64,000 nucleotides of DNA from Bugula neritina (taxonomy: Eukaryota; Animalia; Bryozoa). The notes below the pieces were generated by a model, which searched no databases, was not told where the DNA came from, and saw only the letters and a list, made by a program, of their open reading frames with translations. The stretch is taken from contig OZ037766.1 in NCBI GenBank assembly GCA_964035545.1, forward strand, positions 7,058,722 to 7,122,721. The letters run 5' to 3'. Position numbers and translations under genes: made by a program. This document shows, one piece after another, positions 52,412 to 64,000 of the stretch (the first letter of the stretch is position 1; each line of letters begins with the position of its first letter).

Positions 52412-52483
52412 AGTAACTCCATCTGTAAAAAAGGACTAATTTTTCAGTCTATAATCTCTTAGAGCTGTTTGCAGAAGCACTTG

Positions 52484-52592
52484 ATGTACTGCTTCGTATG
52501 TACTGCTCTGTATGTACTGCTTTGTATGTACTGCTCTGTATGTACTGCTTTGTATGTACTGCTTTGTATGTGCTGCTTCGTATGTACTGCTC
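52484..52592. repeat. 14-bp minisatellite (ATGTACTGCTYTGT) x8
   Basis: Directly visible. Confidence 0.92.
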
Positions 52593-53062
52593 CATTTACA
52601 CTTCTTCAATCACTTTGTATACGTAGAGTTTGGGGCAGACTTACAGTATCTATTAATAACTTTATTTCTAGATGATATTTTCTGACATAAGAAGTAATTT
52701 GGAGGAGAGTTGAAACAATTGTGTCTCACACCCTATAAATTTTAAAGTTAAACTGATGAGCTCAAGCTAAGCAAAATATTAAATTATGCAATGAATAGTA
52801 CATGTCATTAGGGAACCTGCATTGCCTGAAGGAAATGGCCAGCAAGAAAATGAGCAGCAAAATAATTCACTTCACTCCTAGTATTTCTTTTAGAGGGAAG
52901 GGGTGTTATAATAAAATCTATATTGATTAGTATACTAATCATGTTAGTAGCAGCTAGTGTGCAGCTTAAATAAACAACAACATAGAATCTATGATTATAA
53001 AGTAATTGCTAAAAAAAGGTGGCCACATAATTTTTGTCTACTGAGTGCCGTACATTGTATTA

Positions 53063-53249
53063 CAGTGCTCCCTCAGTATCTCACTAAGCTGCAGGTCCAA
53101 AACCTGGTGACATAGCAGAATACCAGATTTAATTCGACCATTTTGTCCCTATACACACATACAAAAGCCACAAAACAGTGTCCAAGCCCTTCTTGTGATC
53201 TACAGAATTTCACGAGAAATGCCTCCGTGAGATATGAGGGGAGCACATG
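53063..53249. mobile_element. Tc1/mariner (pogo-like) MITE
   Basis: Imperfect TIRs CAGTGCTCCCTCAGTATCTCAC / GTGAGATATGAGGGGAGCACATG flanked by TA dinucleotides. Confidence 0.6.
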
Positions 53250-54703
53250 TATTATAATTATACTGAACTAGTTTGTTTAAGTGCTAAAGTGTGTAGAGTG
53301 CTTCAGTTGGCCTTCTATTGTAAGCTGCAATAGCAACTGCATTCTTAATCTAATTGTCTGCTGGCTCATCAAATTACTTGCGCTAGTCTAGTACATCAAA
53401 TTATCTTCCTTTAGATTTTATAGCTTCTATTTGCACAGACTTGGTAGAATAATGTAGACTACATGTGCAAATTATGTGACTTGGCTAGTAATTGTAATAC
53501 TAGTGAAAAGTTGCCTCAATAGATCTTAAGTTTCATTATAAGCTAATGTGAGCAGGCGGTCATTTGCTTATGAATAATTTCGATTATTAGAAGTTTTGAT
53601 GAAAATATGTCATAAATTGTTCTACCATGTAATAGTTATTCATAAAAAGATTTTATTATTTCTACTGCTGCTATATGACTTTATTGTCAACCTTGATTAA
53701 CATGGTTTCAGTCAGATTTTATTGCAACATTTATTGCTGTATTAATTGCATTGCCAATTGCTTCTTCCTGTTACTACTACGCAATAAAGAAATTAAGCAA
53801 ACAGCTTTTGTGATAAATTTCAAACTTGTAAAACTTGTAAATTTATTAAAGCAGGTGCTTTATTTTTTGGGCATCATTTGCAATACATTGGCTTTTATTT
53901 TAAAAGGTAACAAAACTGCATTGTTTTAAAAAAGTGCAATATCTCTTCTATTTAAATTCTGATAATTAAATTACCAGTTGGTAATGATAACATGTGATTT
54001 ATATTCTAGTGAATCTAGCCCAACTGCATTGCCTTACACTTGGTAGTCTCAACTATAATTGCTCTTTTGTCATGAAAGAAAACTCAAGTCCCAATTTAGC
54101 TCTTTAACATACCAATCCTCATTTGAGGTTAAACTAGAAAAACTAAATATTCTTTGATTGCAACTTTCTATATTAGCTTGACACAAATTATAAAATAAGA
54201 ACAAATTGAAGATAAAGTGTTAGCTATTTGTTATAATGGTATGAGTGATGGTGTGTGACAGGGTGGTGCTGATTTGTAATGTATTACATGTTGATTTATT
54301 TGGTACAACTACTATAAATATAAAATGATAATAACACTTTGGAATCTAGCAACTAACTGACTCCTCAGCACTAACTACACAAGCAGTATATATAGATGCT
54401 GATTATGACAATAATAAGAAAATGCATGATTCACATAGAAGTCATATTCTACTAATTATAGCTCATAAGATGTGAACTCTATGTGACATTATAACAACTA
54501 ACTTATATATAGAACTATTGTAAATTTCTTTATAGCATGTTCTTCTATACAGTCTTATCTCCCAAATGAGGTCAACATCTGATGCAAACTTCTACATGTG
54601 ACCTTTAGTCATACAATTTTGTGTACTATAGCTACTGCACTAAATTGTATTACGGTAAATGAAAGTCTAATCTATATTTGCATTTGAAATATTGTAACTG
54701 CAA

Positions 54704-55532
54704 TTTTGCATGAACATATGTGGGGATGTTGTTTGGCTTGTTATATGGTTGGTATATCCCGTTTGTGAGGTTGAGGTGGATATCTAAAAAGTTTACTGTT
54801 TTTTTATTTGCCTCAATTGTGATTCTTAATCTATATTGTTTGAAAATGTTGCATATTTCCTTCTTTGTGGCCTCGATGGTTCTAGCCGAAGATTTTAAGA
54901 CACCTAAATCATCATCTCGATATAAACCAAAATTGGGGCCATGCTTGCTGGTCACATGGCACAAGAGAAATGTGCCGACTAGTTCGCAGGTCTCTGCTCC
55001 ATCGTAACTCCCCATAGTTGAGCTGAGCAAATATATCTGGAAATTAAAGAACAATAATATAGCTTATGAGATAAAGTGGAAAATTCTAGCCAGAGCGCAA
55101 CCATGCAACAAGCAGTCACCACTCTGCAAGCTGTGCCTGCTAGAAAAATACTTTATACTTTGCAAGCCACATCTATCTTCACTCAACAGCCGCAATGAGA
55201 TCATAACAACATGCAGGCACGCTAGAAAGCTCCTCCTAGAGAATGTGACTTGACATTTTAATCTCTTAATTACTTTTATTCCATCTATTTATGTATTTTA
55301 ATCCATTGGCTTTATAGCTTTTACACACGTTTCTCATACATATATATATATAGTATGTTTTTATTCTTGTTATATTACATCTTAACATTTTATCTGAAGA
55401 TTGTGTACATTCAATGCACATGAAACTAGTAGTAATAAAGTGTTTTAAATCAAATTTTATCGTTCATTACTTTTATTTACTCTGCTCTGCACTGCATTGA
55501 GCTCTTTTTAGTGGTAAACTATACACCATTTT
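54704..55532 (+). mobile_element. Truncated Penelope-like retroelement (Naiad/Chlamys-like) with an inverted RT segment
   Basis: Minus strand 54704-55019 encodes an RT fragment (TMGSYDGAETCELVG, FGLYRDD, VNFLDIHLNL, PYNKPNNIPTYVH). Plus strand 55020-55253 encodes the GIY-YIG endonuclease C-terminus (ELSKYIWKLK..IKWKIL..CKLCLLEK..LNSRNEIITTCRH..*), followed by a pLTR-like tail with a hammerhead and (TA)n. Confidence 0.88.
55388..55440 (+). ncRNA. Minimal type I hammerhead ribozyme in the PLE terminal repeat
   Basis: Stem I TTTAT / ATAAA; core CTGAAGA (55394-55400); stem II TGTGTA-CATTCAA-TGCACA; GAAA (55422-55425); very short stem III containing palindromic ACTAGT; GTA cleavage triplet at 55432-55434. 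Confidence 0.8.
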
Positions 55533-56729
55533 ATATATATATATATATATATATAATATAAGCCATATATATTATAATATAATATATACATATATTGTAA
55601 TATATCATATTATACATAATATTATATATTACAATATCATTTTTGATTGGAATGCTTATGCAATTAATTGCATCAAAAATAGCAACTGACCACTAAAGCC
55701 TGTTAAATATAGGAAATAAAACTGCCAGAGATCAAATTTTCTTTTTAATACATTATATTATGTTGGTTTTAACTAACATATCTGTTATTGAGCTATATTT
55801 ATCTGGTCGCTATGTGTTTTGTATGTGGTATGGTATGAATCTTATAGCAAATGAGATTACCAATATGTCAGCATTCAATGCTAAAAACAGTATATAAACA
55901 AGCTATCTCCCTAATTGGTAAAAAGTCTATGAATATTTCCTGTTGCAGTTTATGCAGCATAATATGTTAGTTTCAAATGCATGAGTGTTAGTGGTCATTG
56001 ATGTTTAAAATATTATATTATTTGTATATATGCATGTAATTCTAGAAAAAATTAAAAATATGTTTCAACACAACTTTTTAAATCATCAAATGAAATCCAA
56101 ATGGCTTTCTGCTCGATCTATGCAATACAAAAATTTGTTCAAAATCTTTTAAAATTAAAATATAACTCAGCAAATTATGTTGATGATTGTTTATAAACTC
56201 AAGGGAAAGAATAAAACATTTTTATAAGTTGTTTATATTTACTAATAAACTTGATTTTTGAAAGTGTCAAAAGACTTTTTTAACTTCCTTTATATCGAGA
56301 TTTTATCTTTTTGTTGAACACCTTGGCAAACATTGCATATACACAAAATATCTTAAAGCTAAAGACTGCACAACTATAGTTTAAGATGGTCACATCTAAT
56401 TTATAGACTTATAGTCTACATTATGGCTTATTTCTCACATCACAAAACTCCATACTTTACCAATCATCATAAACAATGCACGCTGCAGAGGAGGAAATTC
56501 TTCTGATTGGCTATTAATGTAGCTTCTAATTCACTATAGCAAATAACCGAAGGGAGGGGGATAATGCTGGCGTCTCACATTAATCTAAATAACAAACACC
56601 CCTACCATGGTAATGTAGAATACAAATACCACTGACCTCATTTACTCAGCATCACCCCATAGCAGACAACAGCAGTCAAGTTAGAATATCTATTTCTAGT
56701 CAGTCAGTAGTCTTCTTATTTTCTTCAAT

Positions 56730-58725
56730 ATGTCTGCCGAATGGAAATATGGATTGTGTGGTTGCTTTGGAAACATTCCGGTTTGCGCGCTGACTTATAT
56801 TGTGCCCTGTTATGTTTATGGCAAAACCGCTGAAAAGGTAACTTTATATTTTATACTATTTTTGTGTAATAAAGGTGTCAGTCTCCTTTGTAAAATTAAA
56901 TTTCAACATGAAGCTAAGCGTGTCTCGAAAAAGTGTGTAAATGTATTTTATGAGCACCAATTTGCTGACTTTTACAAAAGATTCCCATTTACTGTACTGA
57001 GATTTGCTTGCATATCTTACACCTAATATTGCTGTTTTTTAACAACCATTTTCTATAGCTATTTCTAACTTAGCCAGCACTTGCCAAGAATCAATGTTCT
57101 TTTGAGTTTTTTTTGGCATTAGACTGTGTATTATAAACATAACTTTGACTGAGAAAAGCAACCAGTTGTACTATAGTGGGAGAAGATAGGAGAACTTTGA
57201 AAACGACTGTGTTCTACTTCTATTGATAAAAAATATGACAAAAAACTTGAGATTTACAATCTGAATCTAAACTCTAAACTTACTGTACATAAATACTTTT
57301 GAGGCTATTTAAATTTTGATACAGCCAAACACATGGGGTTTGCAATTGGTCTTTTGATGACCAAAGAGTAGGCCTATAAAACCTTATTTCTGTTCATATT
57401 ACTTTCATTGCATATATTTATAGATTATATATAGTACCGTAATTTGACATTAAATAGAAACTGTTGCTCTTCGCTATACGATGCAATATCTAGGAAGACA
57501 ATAAGATGACTATTCATTCTATGCCACTGCTATTGCCATTTGCTTTGTGTGCAGCATATCAATCAAATTACAGTTTGGACATCTCACATTTCTTAAGCCA
57601 ACTACTCTAACAACAAATCTATAGTAATTTAGGCTATAAATGAAGCTATGTATAATTTAAGCCTTGTATGAGTAGCCTTAGCTCATGCTTGTGTTCAAAG
57701 TCTCCATTCTTATGAGAACTCCTGCTGGTAAAAGGTCACTCTAAGTGGGTTAAATACTTATCTCTACTGTGGTACAGGAGTGATTATGACTGACTGCCTT
57801 TCCTGGCATCACCAATGGCCTTACCAAGATCTGAACCCATGACCTTGTGCTTACTAAGCACGTACTCTAACTAACTAGACTACCACTGCACCCATACAAA
57901 TTATATACTGGCATAAACACTTATTTTAAGTAAAAGACCTGCAGGAATAGAAAGCTAAATAAAGCCTACATGCTTGCTTACAGAAGTTTCTACCAGCCAG
58001 TATAAATTGATCTGCAAGATGCAGCCATTTATTGGAACTATTAGTTATGCATTGGCTGTATGGAGCTGTTATCTCAAGATGTTTAATGGGGTAGTTCTGT
58101 TTAACAGCTTAGTTCATGCTTGGAGAGTCCCAAGACATTGATTATTAGTTAGCTGCGTCAGATATTTCTTTCTTTCTTTAACCCTAATAGACTAATATAT
58201 AGGACTGAAAAGTGAAAATATCGGCATTTCAATTATTAGCAATATTTAAGGAATGAGTGTAAAAAGTTGCAATAAAAGAAGTTATGTTCTCATCGCAACT
58301 ACTACCAGCTTTTCCAACCAATAAAAAACAATTTTGTTATTTTATGTATTTATGTATACCATTGATAGAGCTCAGTTAGTTGCTTATTTCAAGTACTAGC
58401 TGCTATTCAACTGTTTGTGACCTAAATATTCTGACCTAAATAATATGACCTAAATATTCTAACCTGCATAATCTGACCTACATAATTGGATGACTTTTAG
58501 AATGGAGAAGACTGTTTGAAGTGTGGCATAGCTTCACTCATCCCACTGGCCAACATATACTTCATGACCAAGATGAGACAGTCTATCAGAGAGAAGAAGG
58601 AAATTGCTGGCTCATGTCCTGGAGATCTGGCAATGACCTGTTTCTGTGGGTTGTGTAGTCTCACTCAACAGGCTAGAGAAGTCGAGGCCGACCTGCCTGG
58701 TATTCCAGAGATCCAGAGATCCTAA
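56730..58725 (+). CDS. PLAC8/cornifelin-family Cys-rich protein (110 aa), 2 exons
   Basis: Exons 56730-56837 (WKYGLCGCF..CALTYIVPCYVYGKTAEK) and 58501-58725 (RQSIREKKEIAGSCPGD..CFCGLCSLTQQARE); phase-0 GT-AG intron. Confidence 0.92.
57700..57893 (-). mobile_element. tRNA-derived SINE, copy 5, in the PLAC8 intron
   Basis: Minus strand reads GGGTGCAGTGGTAGTCTAGTTAGTTAGAGTACGTGCTTAGTAAGCAC..GGGTTCAGATC..AGGAAAGGCAGTCAGTCATAAT. Confidence 0.75.
58418..58485. repeat. ~14-bp minisatellite (TGACCTAAATATTC) x~5
   Basis: Lies just upstream of the PLAC8 exon-2 acceptor. Confidence 0.75.
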
Positions 58726-60307
58726 GGCTAACCAATTCTTCTACCAAACTTTTGTTATTTTTATAATGTAGCTAACATTTAAAAGCATTATTAATGACAT
58801 GTAATGTAGTCTTAAAATCTTGATATCATTTTTGTACTGTGCTTTTTCTTCTTTTTTCCAGGATCATAGTCTTGTAAGTGTTTACCAAAATAATTAGTTA
58901 GCTTATACATATATAATAAAATTGTTTCAATAATTACCTATTCATCATTTTATTAATAAATAAAAATAACTGCAGTTATATAATTTACAATAACGGATAC
59001 AACAACATATTTTGTGTACAGTGTTATAAGGCAATGCAAGTATGCTTTTACTATAGGCTAATATAACCCATATAGGCAATATGCAGTCTAATTGGTAAAA
59101 ATAATTGATCTTAAAACAAAACACACAAGTGTCAAAACATATGTTTTACAATACATGTGCATTTATTATTTCAAAAAATAATTTAGGTACTGAAAAATAT
59201 AATTCATAGGACAGCTGCATTACAGGATTAATTCTAAATTGGCCACCTTAATTTCATACATTATAAACTTTTGATTACTTACTCAGCCAACTTAGCTTTA
59301 CTTTATAATTAACTAGTGAGTCATAAATTCCTCTGTATAACAACTTACATTTGTGTTTCTTTTAAACTGTTTGACAAGTCAAGGTTTAATGGAACATAGC
59401 TGTGAGCAGTATAAAGATAAAAGACATTAGGCAACTTGAAAACATTACAGCCAAAATGGCATCCTATTGATCTATAATTGTCATTAGCATCTATATAGGC
59501 TCATTATGCAAAGGCATGTGGCATTCCATATGGTAGGCTTTGACATTTCCTAGAAAAATCTTTTCCTGCTAGTTTTACTCTAACTAAAAGTTCAATTGTC
59601 AGGGGGAGGAATTAGTAAACTAAATGTAAAATCTTGCAATAGTTGGAGGTTGCAGAGCTACAGTACATGGGAATATAACTCCTATAGCCAAGCTGTGTTA
59701 TTATGGGAACTAATGCAGAGGCAAATCAGGGTGGGGTAGGTTTTAATATATCTCTAGTGAATCTAGTTACAAGGTAATAACGTATTGGAACGTTTCAGAT
59801 TTTTGCATAGCACCAGTCTTGAAGCAAAAATTGATAGCCTGAAAATTTGTACTTTTTGAAATTATCATATTATCATATTACTTTGTTAGCATTTCGATAA
59901 CAGCATATACCCGCATGATTTCACTCTGTATACATGCTCAGTGCATATCGTGGGTAATGATGTCTTGGCCTCTGGTGCCATATATACCCAAACCCTTTTC
60001 TAGCCCAAGTTTATAAACTAAGACTTTTATAAGACTTATATAATAAAATTTCTATAATGTACCAGTCTCAAGAACTGATAAAAGCAAACAATTCCAATTA
60101 TTAGGTGTACTGATGAAGTGTTTTTCAAGTTCATAATCAACGATGACGATTATGAACTTGAAAAATCATCTGCAGTCAACATTCAAATAGAGTTAGCTTT
60201 TTTTCTATGCATGTATTATGTACATATATGCATTATGTGTAGTACTAGTGTAATCATGCAAGTTTAAGTTTGGTAGCATGTATTAAGATTGTACCTTTAA
60301 ATCGCAC

Positions 60308-60309
<2 letters not shown>

Positions 60310-60383
<74 letters not shown>
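60310..60383. repeat. (TA)n microsatellite
   Basis: Directly visible. Confidence 0.95.
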
Positions 60384-60386
<3 letters not shown>

Positions 60387-61399
60387 CGAAGGTGTGGGCC
60401 ATGGTACTCTGTTCTGTGCTGATGAGGGGACAAATCCCGAAACAGCTGCTGTCCACAGATTGATATACATATATATATATATATGTAAGGGTGCTAAGAC
60501 AGCTCTTGGTTGCTTCTAAAGGATATAATAATTGAGTTTCCAAATATCTTTAAGTGAAATCTAACAAAATGCTGCATATTAAAAATTCCATTCTCATCAT
60601 ACAATGATCTCTTCAACACTGGGAAATTAAAAGTACTAGTAAACACCACTTATAAGTTTTAACGTCATCTTGCAAAAGTTGTCTTTCCTAAAAATGCAGT
60701 AATGCACATTAACTTGTTAACTTGTAAGTAATTGTTAAAACAAATTATTCTGTATAAATCTGCAGTAACAAGAAGATTTATTATATAAAATATAAGAATT
60801 CAATTAGAAGCTTTTATTAGACTTTTGCTTTTAGGGTATTGTCTCAAATATATGATTTTCACAAAGTCAATTTAATTCTTTTGAGATATTAAGTTTTTTC
60901 AGGCCTGAATTTAGCGAAGCTCAAAGTAAATATCCAATCATTATTTGATGAAACTAATAATATTATTCAATAATTAAGTATCAATTACTAAATTTATTTA
61001 AATGCAGCATAATAAAATTTTAATATTTTTCACACTAAATTAAAACAACTTGAAACAGTCTGACAAATTACAAATATTATAATAATGTGGTTTTTTATTT
61101 ATTGCTCACTTAATAGCCCATAAAAATATATAATAAAAGCATAAAATAACTTATAGCAAAATCAACCACCCATAAACCTTGCAGATAAGCCATCTAATCA
61201 AAGTCCTGTTTAGTGCTTAGCAATGTTTAGAGATGATGTAATCATGCTGATAAATAATATGAGATATGAAAATAAATTTTCAAACATATCATTTTTGTCA
61301 TATGTGATTAATTATATATAGCACCTACACTACACAATACAAGCAGGTTATTGTTATATTAATAAGCTTTATTGCTATAACTTCATAGCATCACTAGCT

Positions 61400-63400
61400 T
61401 CAACTGTAATGTAGCTGAAGTCTCCCAACACCATTATCGTGAGAAACATAGAGGTAGTCATCTTGAACCATTATTCCCAGTATTTCTCCCAACTTCTCTA
61501 ATTCTTCATTCTTCAGTTGCTGCAGTATGGCGCCTAAAAATAGCTATATGTCATTAATTAAAAATGTAATAATTACTCCTAATGCAGATTTTATTAGGAT
61601 TTGAAGGTGTACAAGCTTCAAGCGTGTTACACCAAATGTGAGCATCTATAGCATATTGTAGCACAATACCTTCTTCAGCACTGCAGGCCAAGCAATTAAA
61701 AGTTGATGTTGAAATAGCAAACTAAAAAAATTTCACAAGATCTTGAATAAATTGTCCATTCTTTTACTCGACCAACTTGTAAATATGTGCAGTTACCATT
61801 CAAAATTTTTCTCTATATACAAATAAGCTAACACGAACTATTATCAATGATTGTTTTACATAAACTTTGACTTCTATAAGTTACACAATGGCTGCATAAA
61901 CTACACATGTGTGTTTTACATAATATTTTAATAGCTCAATTTATAACAGCAGCAATTTTATGCCTGTTGATGTATATACAGAGAATTACAATTCAGGCAT
62001 AATGACTTATTGTCATAAATTAAAAAAATTCAATCCAATAGTAAAAATTATAAATATTATTTGAATCTGCACATGATATTGTATATAGTATGCTTGGCAA
62101 CAAAAATTATACTAAAGACTTTGCACAATTATTCTAATGAAACCAATTATATAATTCAGTGAACTATATCATGTCTCATATTTACTTGTGCTGAAGTAAC
62201 TTTTGTTAACATACCGTTTGGGTAAATAAGAGTGAAGCAGTTGATCTTTTCATTCGATCGTACCCAAGTAACACCATTTCTATCAACACACACTGAGAAA
62301 GGACTCTCAACATCTGCTGACCAGAGAATTTTCCCAGATGCTAATTGCTTCTTGTAAATTTTGCCATATTTTCTATCAGCTAAAATAACTGAATCTGAAG
62401 GGCAGCCAGCAATGCCGGCAGCTGATGCATTCCAGATGATGTCTGGTAAAGATTCTCCTTCGAGTGAAAAAACTTTCAAGTTACCAGGCAGCAGTTTTGA
62501 CAAAACAACTTTGTTGTCAACAACTGCAATGTCACATGCAGTGCCCTCAACCTGCCAAGATTTTACAATATTCAATTCCTTATCATATACTACAATCTCG
62601 TCCTGTGAACCTTCTAAAGTATTGCCTAATACTATCCAATCTTTGTAAGGCACAATTGTGAAAGGATAATCAGCAAATAAAATTGACCTTTCCACACAAC
62701 TTCTGTTACTGAAGTTAATCAAATCCATTTTCCCTTTCTTTGCTACCAGAATTCTATCATCTGAGTGCCAAGCCACATCATAGCAAAGTGAGGAGGTATG
62801 CAGCGACTCATAGCTGCCCAGTTGAATTACAGGTCCTTCTTCTGCAACAGCATAAAATTAAATAGCTACTTCACAGGCGAAAATATTGGTAAACCGTTGC
62901 GGCATGTGCAGAAATACAAGATTTGCCCATGTAATTTCATATGAATATCAATAATATTAGGTAGAGTTGAATTTAGAATTTTATTTGTTTTCTTTACTTT
63001 AGTTTGAGGCCCAAGTACATGCAAATCATGATAAAACACTTTGGAAACTCTCGTGCCCGAACAACTAGAGCTTGTAGCAACGTAGATCGTGAAAAGTAAA
63101 AAACTTTGAGTTGTTATATAAATCTTATTTACATCAGGTGATGGGCATCAAAACTTAAATATAGTTAATAAATAATCATGCTAGATTTACACATGATGTT
63201 GAAGTGCCTCGCATTAAAACCATTAGATTTGCAATATTTTGCTTACAATATAATATATTTCAAATATGAGCTCTGACTTGATAAAATATATTATTGATAA
63301 ATATTTAAAAAAAGGAGCAATTGATAATAAACTTTTTAGCTTATAAACTACACATTTTAATTTCACTGCTGTATCACATACATAAACACATACCTGTCAT
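61400..63400 (-). CDS. Beta-propeller (NHL/SMP-30-like) protein, ~255 aa, 3 coding exons
   Basis: Coding exons 63394-63400 (ATG ACA G|gtatgt), 62215-62841 and 61400-61533 total 768 nt in frame. Repeated blade-like motifs (YDVAW, PFTIVP, CDIAVV, AGIAG, PFSVCVD, LGIMV..LYVS). AATAAA 26 nt after the stop. The 5' micro-exon is the least certain part. Confidence 0.7.
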
Positions 63401-64000
63401 TATACTTATAGCTGCCAATATGTTTTACTTTATAGCTATAAGTTGACAATCCTAATAATGACAATAATATATTCAAGTATAGATAATTGAGATAAACCTG
63501 GGAATTGAGTAGTAGCCACTTGGAAAGAGTTTTATTTGCTAGTGTTATAGCGCTGAAAGTTAAGGGGACTTAACTTGAACCTTATAACTATAGTTGAATA
63601 AGCTGCAGTTTCAGTTCATGTGCTGTAATTCTTCCTTTACTTGCAGTTGAGCTTGCAAGGCTTTAGCTTTTGATAAATTGGCAAATGACGAAAGTTAAAA
63701 TTATTCGCTAAAATTGTTCAAATATATAACCAAAATTATACTAATCTTGTATTATAAATAATTATAAAGTCTATTATAACAATATTATAATATATTCTGA
63801 TCATTAGAATTAACATTTAATCAGCAGTTGTCATGTTTTTAAAGTGAAATGTCGGTATTTACAGTAGAATAATTGGAAATCCCGTTTGAATGCACAGTTT
63901 AAAAGATATGATATCAGTTCATAATCTAATATCATTATCAGTTGTTTTTAAAGAGTATAACTTGCAATAAACTGTGTTGGTGCAGTCCGGCTAGTACCCA

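Noticed and set aside
54650-55054. The 134-aa ORF as an intact gene
   Set aside because: Only ~54704-55019 is RT-like. The ORF ends are read-through into flanking DNA and into the inverted endonuclease segment.

Overview
AT-rich, intron-rich eukaryotic DNA from an invertebrate animal; the species cannot be determined from the window. I assembled the gene models by hand from GT-AG junctions and frame continuity. From left to right: two tandem minus-strand astacin (M12A) zinc metalloprotease genes with 5 and 4 C-terminal ShKT domains; a 17-exon Piwi-clade Argonaute (PIWIL2/Ago3-like, DEDH intact) carrying a 3-exon secreted MAM-domain gene nested antisense in one intron; a head-to-head UMP synthase gene; a truncated, 5'-inverted Penelope-like retroelement that keeps a minimal hammerhead ribozyme; a PLAC8/cornifelin-like gene; and a small stand-alone beta-propeller gene. 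Also present are tRNA-Thr-derived SINEs, three MITE families, two large palindromes and many minisatellites. The most striking observation is that UMP synthase has two tandem OPRTase domains (OPRT-OPRT-ODC, about 698 aa). The duplicated exon blocks have matching sizes and phases, and the second OPRT has lost several ligand-binding residues but kept its trans-acting loop. No database searches were run, so all novelty claims need checking.
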